In this document: piece by piece, positions 49,617 through 60,000 of the stretch
Position numbering within the stretch: the stretch's first letter is position 1
Layout of the letters: each line of letters starts with the position of its first letter
From: Callorhinchus milii
Taxonomy: Eukaryota
NCBI RefSeq assembly: GCF_018977255.1
Contig: NW_024704742.1
Coordinates: forward strand, 3,164,001 to 3,224,000
Length of the DNA stretch: 60,000 bases
Direction of reading: 5' to 3'
The notes under the pieces: generated by a model
The model's input: the letters and a program-made list of their open reading frames with translations, nothing else
The model's database searches: none
Told to the model about the DNA's origin: nothing
Program-made: the position numbers and the translations under genes

Positions 49617-51539
49617 GGTTCCTTAGTTTTGGAGCCTGAGATCAAATTGAAGCAGGTGTGGGGAGCTGGTGGGGGTGGGGGGTGGGGGGGGGGGGTGTGG
49701 GGGTGGAATTTGAGGGGAGAAATTGACAAACTTTCCATTTTAAAAATAAATCCCAGCTTGAACCTGCGAGCCTTTTTGTCTTGAAATTTAAGGTCACGCA
49801 GAAATGTGGAAAGATTCCTCCATCAAGCTGTAGTGTGGAAATGTCTTACAAATGGTTCTTTGTAAGAACTGGGGAACACCATCATCCCCAAATAAAGGTC
49901 TTAGAGGACAAGACTTGGGGAAGTTTTAGGCAACAGACTAACTGGTCCCCAAACCAGACCAATGGCAACCCGAGAGCACTGACTGAGCTTCAGAAGTTCC
50001 TGTGAAACATTTCAGTTACGTCCCCGACTGTTTATTTTCACTTCGGGAGACATCCCAGATTCAATTACACAAACATTTACACAGCAGCGCTTTGGTGGTA
50101 GCTGCTTAAGAGATGGACATTAGCTCCGTTTGTGACATCCAGGAACGAAAGGCATGTTAATGTACCCATTGACTGAGGCCGTGGTTGATGTCACACTGAA
50201 CACTCCTGTCTCTGCTGAAGGGCTCGATAGCCTCACCAAGGCGGTGTTACGCCACTATTTAAAACGGCCATCCTACTATCAGATAAGAACGGTTTGAGAA
50301 TCCTTGCGCTGCAGAGTACACAGACATTGCATTCGGCAACTTCTTGCTATAAAGTTAATTTGCTGTTTTACACTTAGACCATAACGCTTTCAGTCGCTGC
50401 AGTTAACGCAGCAGGCAACAGCAACAACAACTTAGGTTTACACAGAGCCTGTCGCCCTGGTTAACATCTCGGGCTGTTAAACAATGGGGTGGTTTAATGC
50501 TGAGCCGGGGAGAAAGGGGATGTGACCAAGGAGGGCGGCTTCTGCCATGCCAACATTCAGGTGGGACAGAACATTAGTGGACCTGGGGTCGCGGCTAGAG
50601 GAGGAGGAGGAATAGATTCGGGTCTCGTCCACAGACGTGTGGAAATCACCGATAGGGAGCAGGTAAATGAGAAAGTGGGGGGGTGGCGTGGGGTTGGGAG
50701 GATGGAGCTTTGGGATGTGATGGAGATGATCGTGTAAGGGCGGGAGAAGAAACCATTAGGAGAGAGACAAAATGATGGCACTGGGTCAAGTTGGACTTGA
50801 AGTGTACATTCCCCCTTAGTTGAGCCACCTCCAGATAAGCTCAGACCTGATCTAAGCTGAGTCCTCAGCCGAGGCAGTGAGCAAAGCCACTTTTCAATGC
50901 GAGGAACAATTTCCTCTCCATTCCCGAGGTGCTCGTGAGCCCCCAAAACAGAATAGCGTACTCTCCGCTTTACGCACCCGCTTATGTTAATAAAACCACT
51001 TGCCCGTCTTTCATCAGGATAATTTAGTAGAAGTTTAGCCACTTTTGTTTAAAACACGTTTTCGTTCAGTGCTCTCTGAGGTTTGGGCTTAGATTGAATT
51101 GCTGAGTAAATGATTAAATGGCTTGTGGTACAATGGGTTCGAAAACCGGGTGCTTTTATCAGCACTCGAATCCTCACTGAGACATTGCTTGGCAGAGTTG
51201 CGCCGTGTTTCCCAGGTTAGGCGTATAGTGGATGTTAACACACTTCCCAGCCAAGCAGAACTTCTCCTTCATAGCCATGGGTAATTAATTACGGGCAATG
51301 CCTTTAATGTAGTGATGCAATGATAACAGCGTGTCCAGCGCCCTACTCCTGCACTGTACACAGGAAATTCCACTCTTAAAGGGACTGCGTCTCTTCTCTG
51401 AACACAAGAAATTTCACCCTTAAAATGGGGCATCGCCTCGTCTCCTGGGTCCTCTGTAGAACTGCTCCGCTTCCAACAAACACAGCGCCTTTCAAGGCAG
51501 ATTAGGGTCTCGGAGCACCGAGAAAAGTGGTGTAATTGG

Positions 51540-51865
51540 ACACCGAGCTGGGGAGAAAGACACAGGCCGGGTCGAAGCGGAAGGTCTTCAAAAGTGCGAT
51601 CTGAAGATGGGCGAAGAGGGGGGCCAGATGGAAGGATCGAAGCAGCGGTTTCGGTGTCGTGGCTGAAAGCACGGCCATGGCTGGTGGAGTGGAGGGGTTG
51701 GTGGGGAGGGGTTGGTGGGGTGGGCGGGGGGGGGGGTGGTGGGGTAGAGGGGCCGGGGTTGGGGGTTGTTCACCGAAGGCCCGAGCTGGCCAAGTGAAAG
51801 GGGTGGGTAGAGGAGTGGGGTGTGAGCAGGTTGGGGAGGTACGGGGGGAGGGAGGGCACTCGGGC
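51540..51865 (-). mobile_element. L2 ORF2 3' relic with G-rich expansion
   Basis: Minus strand SLPPYLPNLLTP...AVLSA(T)...LLKTFRFD. Confidence 0.6.
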
Positions 51866-52879
51866 AGGAAATAATTTGTAGGCGATTGTGAGGAGATCAC
51901 CCAATTTGCGCTGACTCAAATAACAGCCAACTTGCACACAGCAATGTCCCACAAACAGCCATTAAGGGAATGGCTGTTTTACTTGGGGGATTTTCGGCCA
52001 GGACACAGGAAGAACTCCACCGCCTTCAAATGCAAGGATTACTTTCACTGTGTTAAACTGGTGAATAAATCAAGTGTTATTTTTTACGACCTTAAATTAT
52101 GGTAACATAATCCGGAAACATTTTAGGCTTAAGAGATTCTGAACTCACAGCCCTTAAGGTAGAGTAGCTCCACCTGAATAGCTAAGTAGCTAGATCTGTC
52201 TTTCTATCCACCTAAATATACGCCGTACTGTAACATTCACATCATGTGCATATTTTATTGTTGTGTTCAATACAAGTACTGACTGAGCAGAGGGTTCACA
52301 ATGTGTTTTCCTGGGCTGTAAGTATGCACAGCCGAAATGGTTTCATAAAGAAAACAGATTGCACATTGTTTGTTCGTGTTTTCCTTGAACTAACTGTGGC
52401 GGAAACAGCATGCCTGGAGTAAGGGGACAAAGAGACCAGGGAACGGGTGTGGGGGTGGGGGGGGAGAGAGCGAAACCCAATACCTAAAGCTAAAAGGAAA
52501 TTGGATAAATAATTGAGCACTTTCACACTATGATGATGCTGACAAGATGACAAGATGCAAGAAGCTTTCTGAAATAGATCTTTGGTCACATCACCATTAC
52601 CCCCAAGTGCTCTCTGTTAAATACCATACAGCATTGATAGCATGTCCCCCACATTCACTCCTTATCGACACTCAGTGTTGGTGTTGGAGTCGGCGTATCT
52701 TACCCATCGTCGTGGCCGAGGGAGACTGTTATGGGCTCAGGTCTGTTTGTTTGTGGGATTTTGTTTTGCCTTTAATTTTTCTTTTTGATTTTCCCGGGGT
52801 ATACCTGGCTCGGAGGGACTTCTTCCATGTTCCTCCTTAAAGCCAAGAAATTAACTTGTAGAGATCTGGTGGGCTGTAC

Positions 52880-53065
52880 TCTTGTAGCGTATCGGTTAGA
52901 GCACTCGACCTTTCAAGCGAGAGGACCTGGGTGCATTAATAATAATACTACTAATAATAATCCTTGCATTTGATATAGCGCTGTTCACGTCTTCTAGACG
53001 TCTCAAAGCGCTTCACAGAATAGACTGTAAAGTGAATTGACTGTGTATTTTGTGGGTGAAACACT
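52880..53065. mobile_element. SINE head (+, 52880-52932) fused to antisense SINE tail (-, 52938-53065)
   Basis: GTAGCGTATCGGTTAGAGCACTCG then (TAA)n-TCCTTGCATTTGATATAGCG. Confidence 0.75.
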
Positions 53066-53112
53066 ACAGTAGTGTGACAGGGATAAACCAGGTCAATGCT
53101 TTTTATGGTTAT

Positions 53113-53506
53113 TGGCGCTCAACCTCTACCTCTCCGACCTACTATCCCCCTACTTACCTGCCCGTACCCTCCGCTCCTCTGGCTCCGGTCTGCTCCACGT
53201 CCCCCGCCCCAACCGCCCTACCATCGGTGGTCGGGCCTTCAGCCTCTCAGCCCCGAGGCTCTGGAACTCCATCCCCCAGTGCCTTCGCCGCTTCCTCCCT
53301 TTGCTCCTTCAAGGCCGGTCTCAAGACCTTTCTCTTTGACCGAGCCTTCAGCTCCCCTCTCGACTCTCTACCCCCTCCTCACTCCCTCCCCTCACCCTGA
53401 CCATTTCCCCGCTGCTCGGGTCCCGACCCAACTGTCCGGCGCCTTGGGACGTCCTCCCGACGGGAAAAGGCACTCTATAAATGAAATCTTCTTCTTGTTG
53501 TTGTTG
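53113..53506 (+). mobile_element. L2 3' end
   Basis: YLSDLLSPYLPARTLRSSGSGLLHVPRPNRPTIGGRAFSLSAPRLWNSIP; tail TTGGGACGTCCTCCCGACG...(TTG)n. Confidence 0.9.
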
Positions 53507-53569
53507 TAAAGGGAGCTAATGAGGGCTGGACTCCAATCAGGTTTGATTGGCAATCTAGAGATAAGTGGG

Positions 53570-53698
53570 CTCCTTACCTCTAGGTAAACAGAGGCGTGTG
53601 AAGTTAGGAAACTTGCCCAATATTTCGCCCTGCCGGGAATCAAACCCAGATCAATCGCTTGCGAGATGAGCACTGTAACCAGTGAGCTACAGGACTCC
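53570..53698 (-). mobile_element. SINE subfamily B, 5' part
   Basis: AACAGAGGCGTGTG...GGGAATCAAACCC...GAGCTACAGGACTCC. Confidence 0.8.
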
Positions 53699-53859
53699 TT
53701 ATAGCTATAAGGTGCTATATCAAATGCAAGCAGTATTATTATTACTGGAAGCCTCCATGCTGCTGGCTTAAATGTATGCTTGTAGATATAATGAGAGAGA
53801 GAGTAGCTTTTAGCTTCTCAAAAAACCTTCCCGAGAGCCATCCCTCTTCCCTAACTACC

Positions 53860-54325
53860 ATCCCATCTCCAACCTGCCTTTCCTGTCGAAGATACTGGAA
53901 TGAATTGTGGCTTCCCACGTTCGCTTGTCCTAATCCTCGTGCTAACCTTGAAATCCCTCCAAGGTCTTGCCCCACTATTCGTCTGTGACCTCCTCAAACC
54001 AAACAAATCCAGCTGCTCCTCCGCTCAACAGCCTGCTTCACGTTCCCACCCTATTCTCCATCATCAGCAGTCGAGCTTTCAACATATCTGCCCCCACTCT
54101 CTGGAACTCCATCCCAGAATCCTTATGACTCGCCCTTTCCTTCCCTCCTTCAAGGACCATCTCAAGACCTTCCTCTTTGACTGTGCCTCAGGCTCTTTCT
54201 CCAGCTCCTTGCTTCCCACCTCCCTTGGCTCCAACCCCCAGCTCAGGTAGACACCATGGTCCTTCCCTCACCTTGGAATGTGCTGCTGATGTGAAAGGTG
54301 CTATACAAATGTAAACTTATTATTG
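53860..54325 (+). mobile_element. Older L2 3' relic
   Basis: LILVLTLKSLQGLAPLFVCDLL...LWNSIP...FKDHLKTFLFD; tail GATGTGAAAGGTGCTATACAAATG. Confidence 0.8.
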
Positions 54326-54329
54326 TAAT

Positions 54330-54765
54330 GAGAGGCTGGGTGGACTGAGATGATATTCCTTTGAGCAGAGGAGGTTAAGCAGTGAATTGAAGGAGGTATT
54401 TAAAATAACGAAAGAAATTGGCAGAGCAGGTAGTGGAGTGTGCTTCACTCTGGTAAAAGGAGCCATTATCCCGGGGTGGGGGCGAAAGGAACTAACATCA
54501 TAACCAAGACTGTTAACGCCGCGGTCATTTCTTCACGCACACACACAGGCATGTGCAGATGAGGAACACTCCAGCCCAGAAAGTTGTCGAGACGGAATCA
54601 ACAGAGATGTTTAAAAGACAGACAGATATTTGAGTAGTAGAGGTATTATAGAGTTTGCCGAAAGGCTGTGGCATTGAGATTAGTCAAGATGTCAGTCAAG
54701 ATCTCATGCACTGGTGGATCAGGTTTATTACATTTGATCTCCTCCTGTTCCTGTTCTCCTACGTT
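54330..54765 (+). mobile_element. CR1 3' relic
   Basis: GAGCAGAGGAGGTTAAG...GAGGTATTTAAAATA (EQRRL..EVFKI)...TTTAAAAGACAG...CCTCCTGTTCCTGTTC. Confidence 0.7.
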
Positions 54766-57035
54766 CCGATATTCTCAGAACAGCGCTCTGGCAGTGGGGC
54801 TCGGACTGCTAGCCTGCCCGTGTTCAAATTTGCTATGGTTTATTCAAAGCAGGGCTGGAGGTTGTGTGTAAATCACATCAGCGGGTGGACGTGCAATGCC
54901 ATTTTGCCGCCAACAGGTGTCTCCAGCCGGCTTCGTGGAACCACGCACGAATGACACAACCCTTCCAGTTTCAGGCTTCGCAGGAAGTGCAGTCCGCACG
55001 CCCAGACAATGCACGAGGGAGAAGCAGTCAGAAACGTGCAGAAAATACTTCCTGATATCTGTCCCGAAATTACCCCATTTTGCAACGTTCCCCTCTTATC
55101 GCGCTGCCTGGCTTCACACTGAAAAGATTCGCCCGCAAAATACAGTCACTGCACTGTACCGTAAACCCTGTCGAGTAATTTGAGACATCTTTGCGATGTG
55201 AAAGACGCTATGTCAATCGTAAGGATTATTATCGCTATTGCTCTGTTAGTTTTTGCAACCCTGGTTAGCATCTCATGTAATTCTATAAGATCCTGTCTGT
55301 GATATCCCTCTTGAAGCCTGAAGAGCCCTAGCTTAGCTAATCTTTCCTTCGGGCTCAAACTGTCTAACACTGCGGGGAATCATTCTCAAAGTCTCCCACC
55401 TAAGCTACCTCCAGGGTCTAGACAGCTCCTTGACTATCAGCACCAGAAATCTACATAGTCCAGTCTGACCGACCAAGTGGAATCCAAGGGAGCTGCTGAC
55501 TGAGGTCAAAAAACTGAAATGCACCAACACTACCGACCTGTCTTGCATCAATATAGCACCTTTCACACCAAGTAACCCCCCCCCCCCCCACCACCCCCAG
55601 CGCTTGAAAACATCAAAGCAATGCAGAGTTGCTGTTTTTTTCCTGTGCCGCTGCCCCTTAAATTCATTCATTCGTTTGTCTAGAAACCTACTGAGATCAG
55701 AGGAAGGTTAGGAGAGGCATTCAGCTGAAGTCGCACAGTTTAAGCCCCCAGAGTCGTGTTTATTTTTTAAGCAAGACGTACGTTTGGAACGAAAGTCAGT
55801 GATTGTCACCCCTGACCGACTGAGGCTCAGCAGCCCTGAGTGTCAGTGCTAACCTGAGCCTAGGTGACGTGTGTCCTCAGTATCTGCAGCTGCTGACAGG
55901 AATATTAATAATAATAATAATAATCCCTGCCTTTGATATAAGAGCCTTATCATGGCGTCAAGACATGGCAAAGCACTTCACGGGATACACTGTAAAGCGA
56001 CGGTGTGTGTTTTATGGGCAGAGAAAGCTGCCGGTCACATTCTTGCGAGCGGAGCAGACTTGACCAAAGGGGAGTGGGGGAAGTGGGGGGGTGGGGTTGG
56101 GGATTGGCAGAAACTCAGTTACACAAGCTTTTGACTCGCAGTTAGATAAACCGAGTGACATTTGCAGAGATTTGGCCAGTGCTTGTGATCCAGAGTTTCT
56201 ACTGAACTTGTCACCGGCAGGAGCTTAACCCAGACACATGGACTCTTTCATTTCGTGTGATGCCACCATTGTGGAGAAAGCCTTCGAACTAGAAGCTGAG
56301 ATACTCAGACCTGAGTGTAATGCCTTATTTATTTTTTGTTTTTCGGTCAAGCCTCCTCTCTCCCCACACATCGCCACCGTCCCACCATTCCCAAAGTGTT
56401 GGCTGGTGTCCGCACTCGCAAGGTGGGAGTAAACAAACTATAAGTACGACGTGCTCTGCTCCCTCTGTGGATGTTTCTAGGTATAGCGGCCTACAAAAGA
56501 CAAAATAATTAAGTCACTCCATTTCACAGTAGATCCTACGTGAACGGCACCATATTAAATGTAAGGATTATTCTTCTTACTCTATATATTTTTTTACCAG
56601 CTGACTACACTTCCTGTGAAGCCTAAAGCCGGTAATTTAATGTGTCAGAAGGTATTAGCTCTTCGGGAGGGAGGTGGCATGATGTATGATTGCTTTCCAG
56701 GTGAAATAAGGAAGTTGCAGTCATGTCTTAATGTACAGTGTCTACATCAAGAACAGAATGGTATCCATGGGCATTTCAGGGTCCTGTTTGCCCTATTCTA
56801 GATGGTAGCTGCGCAAGGAGTTATGTATTATGTGTTGGAAAACGCTAGGATTCACAGGATTGCTCCTTAAAAGGCAATCCCACCAGAACCTCATCCATCC
56901 ATGGGAACTGTGGATCCAGAATTATATTTTGGTTGCAGTGTAGGTCGGTGTGTTATAATTCCGTTTACTGATGAATGAAACCCAGTAGGAAATAAAAATA
57001 AGGTCTGTATGAGTTTGGGACTTGGAACTCATATA

Positions 57036-57212
57036 CCGTCAAACCTGTCTTCAGCAACCGCTCAGGAGATTGGGCCAAAGTAGCCTTTATATAAGGGTGG
57101 CCTTTGAGTAAGGGTTCATTGGTGTGTATCTGGGACTGCCTGGGCTGTTCCAAGCGATTATTAACACGGAGTGGTTGCTGAATGGAGATGATTGCTTGAA
57201 CAGGTTTGACAG
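57036..57212. mobile_element. pogo/Tigger-like MITE (177 bp)
   Basis: TA|CCGTCAAACCTGTCTTCAGCAACC ... GATTGCTTGAACAGGTTTGACAG|TA: terminal inverted repeats and TA target duplication. Confidence 0.8.
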
Positions 57213-57221
57213 TAGTCTAAA

Positions 57222-57563
57222 TTAACACTCCAATGCAGTGCCGTGAATGTATTGCATTGTCGGAATTGCTGTTCTTCAGATGAGACGTTAAGCAGAGGCC
57301 TCGTCTGCCTGTTCAGGTGGACGTTAAAGATCCCACAGCACTGTTCGAAAAGAGAAGGGAGTTTCTCCCAGGCTCCTGTACCCCAAAATAAAATTGGTCA
57401 TTAATTTTGCGGTTCTTTGTGGGTCTTTGCAGTGCACAAATTGGTTGCTGCGATTGTCCACCAAGAAACAGTCACTCCACTTTACAGTAGGTCCTGTGAA
57501 GCACTTTGGGACGTCCTCCTGACATGAAAGGCGCTAAATAAAATAGAAGGATTATTAGTATTA
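57222..57563 (+). mobile_element. Deu-domain SINE, 5'-truncated
   Basis: GATGAGACGTTAAGCAGAGGCCTCGTCTGCCTGTTCAGGTGGACGTTAAAGATCCC core and L2-like tail. Confidence 0.85.
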
Positions 57564-57564
57564 A

Positions 57565-57992
57565 TGGCTTATCGCATCGTCAAAACATTTCAAGCGCCTC
57601 ACAGCTAAAGAGTAAGCTAAAGTCTACCGTAAAGTGTATTTCTGAGCGAACGAGGCAACTTTGCACTGCAATGTACCCCAAATAGCCATGGAGTGAATGG
57701 CCATTTTTATCCGAGGGATTGTTGGCCAGGACACGGAAAAAAGAAGGACCCCTTTACAAATAGCGCCATTGGATTTTTAACACCCACCCGAACAGGCAGA
57801 TAGAAACTCGTTTTAACATCCCACCTGAAGAACGTTACTTCCGGCAATGCAACACCACCCCCCCCCCCTCCCTCAGCACTGGATTGGAACGTCAGTCTCG
57901 ACTGTATGGGTTCAAAGTTCCAACATGGGGCTTGAATCCACAACCTTCTGACTCGGAGGCAAGAGTGGCACCAACTGAGCCAAAGCTGACAC
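57565..57992 (-). mobile_element. Deu-domain SINE, near full length
   Basis: Reverse-complement core and head (GGGGCTTGAATCCACAACCTTCTGACTC...CAACTGAGCCA). Confidence 0.85.
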
Positions 57993-60000
57993 ACAGCTGA
58001 CAGGCTAAATACAATAAGATAGTCTCAAACTACCAGCGTTGATAGGAAATGTAGTAATTCTACTCAGTAGGCTCCATCTCCAAATTGATTCGGAGCATGT
58101 GCACTGTATATCTGAGACAATCTTGGAAAGAAACTGACCTGGTGGATCTGATTATTCTTTTCTGTCTGAATAAGGCGTATGAATAGCTTGCGACTTCTTC
58201 AAATCTGATTAATACTCTCACCTCCTCCGTTAATTAATTTTTTTTAAGCCTGCTAATGGCTATGTGTTCACGTTGAATTAAGATCTCTTTTTCGCAATAT
58301 CCGATGTGACAGCTGAATTGATGGCAATGGCACTGGTAAGTAATTTGTCTGTGTTTTGAGTTCTCCAGTGCTGCCTTGTTCAGTCAATAAACTTTTCTCA
58401 TTAAATCAGAAGCGGAGCTGAGGGCTGCTCATTTCTAAGTTGGTCACCGTAGAGTTATTGTGGGCGCGCTGACTTTTTCGTCCGCGAAGCGCAGTTACTG
58501 CACATTTACAGTGTGCAGGGTTTTGAGACGTCCTCCCGACGTCTCAAAGCCACAGTATCAACTGCAAGGATTTCCGATGTTTTATTAAGTGCTGCGCTTA
58601 AATGAAATTGGAAGGAGGCAGCGGGTGGAGGGTGGTGGGGGGGGGGGGCGGGTGGAACAGTCCTAAAATCAAACGTGGCTTCATACCTCTTCAGTTCCTC
58701 AGCAGACAGTGGATAGGGCAGATGAGTCATAGACGTCAGAACAGTTCCCCCTCCAGTGTGCACACGATTATCTTTCTGATTTCCCACCTATTGTTATATG
58801 CCGCTCTGATCTTCTCACGCTGGGTGCGGCTCTACATCTGGTGGTTGCCCTACGGTAAGTTGCCCAAGTGTGAGCCACTCGACCGTAGAGAGCATCGCCT
58901 GACATCTCCTCGCCGGGTTGTCCTCATGCACGCACGGTCAACAGACTGTTGAGGAGGTACTAGGAGCAGGTATAGCCCTGGGGAAGCCGGGCAGCCACGT
59001 CTGGGAGCCCCAATGTGCCCACAGAACGGGAATCGAACCAGCGATCTCCTGGCCCCTCAGCTGCGAAACCTTCTGCTTTCTTAACCGTGGCTGGTTTGTG
59101 GCACAAGGAAGACACCGAGAGGAATACGGGGGAGGGGGAACAGTTGACACATGACCCTTGATATAATTTCCTTTTACGTGGATCTACCGTTTCTTTCATG
59201 CTTCACCTCTTGGCAACAGACTATGACACGATTTCTCCTTTACAAATCCAGTTCTTCAAATGAAGACACTTCCTCCTGCTATCTCTATCAATCCTGTTCT
59301 GCGTAATAATGTTTTGGACGATGGTGTATTCCTGGACAATGGTATATTTATTAATTAAAACTAATTATTGCCGGCGATCGGCGTTCAATTTAAACCCGTG
59401 AGTTGGTTTACGGCGACGTCCCAGGACGGCTTGCGGACACTGCACAACAGGAAACAGAGTGAGCTCAGGACTAAACACAGTGCTGTGTGTGTGTGTCAAA
59501 CGGCAGCTCCTACTGTTTACCTCTCTTCTGTCGTTCCGTAATAGAGTCCAGACCTCCCTTTGAAAGATCAAAACCACTCGGGGGGGGCTGACCAGTTAGA
59601 GAAAAAGAAAATCTTTCAGCCTTGCTCGCAGGAAATTGCAAACCTCCCCCTCTCCTGCCTCCCACGGCTAACAAGGAGAATGAGCTGCTGGTGGCATCCT
59701 GTCTGATCAATATCTCCTGTTGGAGTATCTGTGCTAGAAAGGCCCCTTGGGGCTTTCTAAACTGTGTGGCTAACAGTGCTAATGGTGACGCTACTTGGAC
59801 GCTTTGATTGGCCGTGACATTTCTGGTTGCAGACTGTCTCCTTGCATGCGTGCAGACTAATCTCTTGTCACAGTGCTTTAGCAGGCCCGCAAAGCCATCG
59901 AACACCGTGCAGGAGTTGACGTGAAATAGAAGCCGTTCAATCCAGGCGTGTAGCAACGAGCTAAAAAAAAAAATCCTAAGTGGGAATTGGGTGCGTAATG

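Larger units (their letters stand above)
20343..60000 (+). other. Probable intron 1 (>39 kb, open-ended)
   Basis: Begins with GTAAGA. No UNC5 Ig1-like exon (e.g. FxxEPxD...KCNGEWV) seen in the ORF track or by eye downstream; dense retroposon relics. Confidence 0.55.

Noticed and set aside
1..60000. Novel multi-gene, defence or operon-type system
   Set aside because: No gene-dense region, no credible long ORFs and no prokaryotic signals; the window is vertebrate intergenic and intronic DNA.

Overview
Vertebrate (eukaryotic) genomic DNA, repeat-rich and almost entirely non-coding. The repeat complement (tRNA-Ala-derived SINEs, Deu-domain SacSINE1-like SINEs, L2 and CR1 LINE relics) suggests a cartilaginous fish, probably a chimaera; this is inference, not a database result. 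The only coding feature I can support is a 91-nt signal-peptide first exon at 20252-20342 (+). It is too short for the ORF track, has a perfect Kozak context and a phase-1 GTAAGA donor, and resembles exon 1 of the netrin receptor UNC5A (tentative). About 18 kb of upstream intergenic DNA precedes a CpG/G-rich, microsatellite-rich promoter and 5' leader, and the remaining ~40 kb looks like intron 1. Essentially all listed ORFs are chance, microsatellite or retroposon-derived. I found no prokaryotic-type system and no convincing novel protein-coding system. The most interesting signals are retroposon biology (several SINE lineages sharing one L2 tail, nested insertions, a templated ~100-bp insertion, a long SINE-SINE hairpin, an unclassified repeat family) and candidate regulatory elements. 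Repeat boundaries were read by eye and are approximate.
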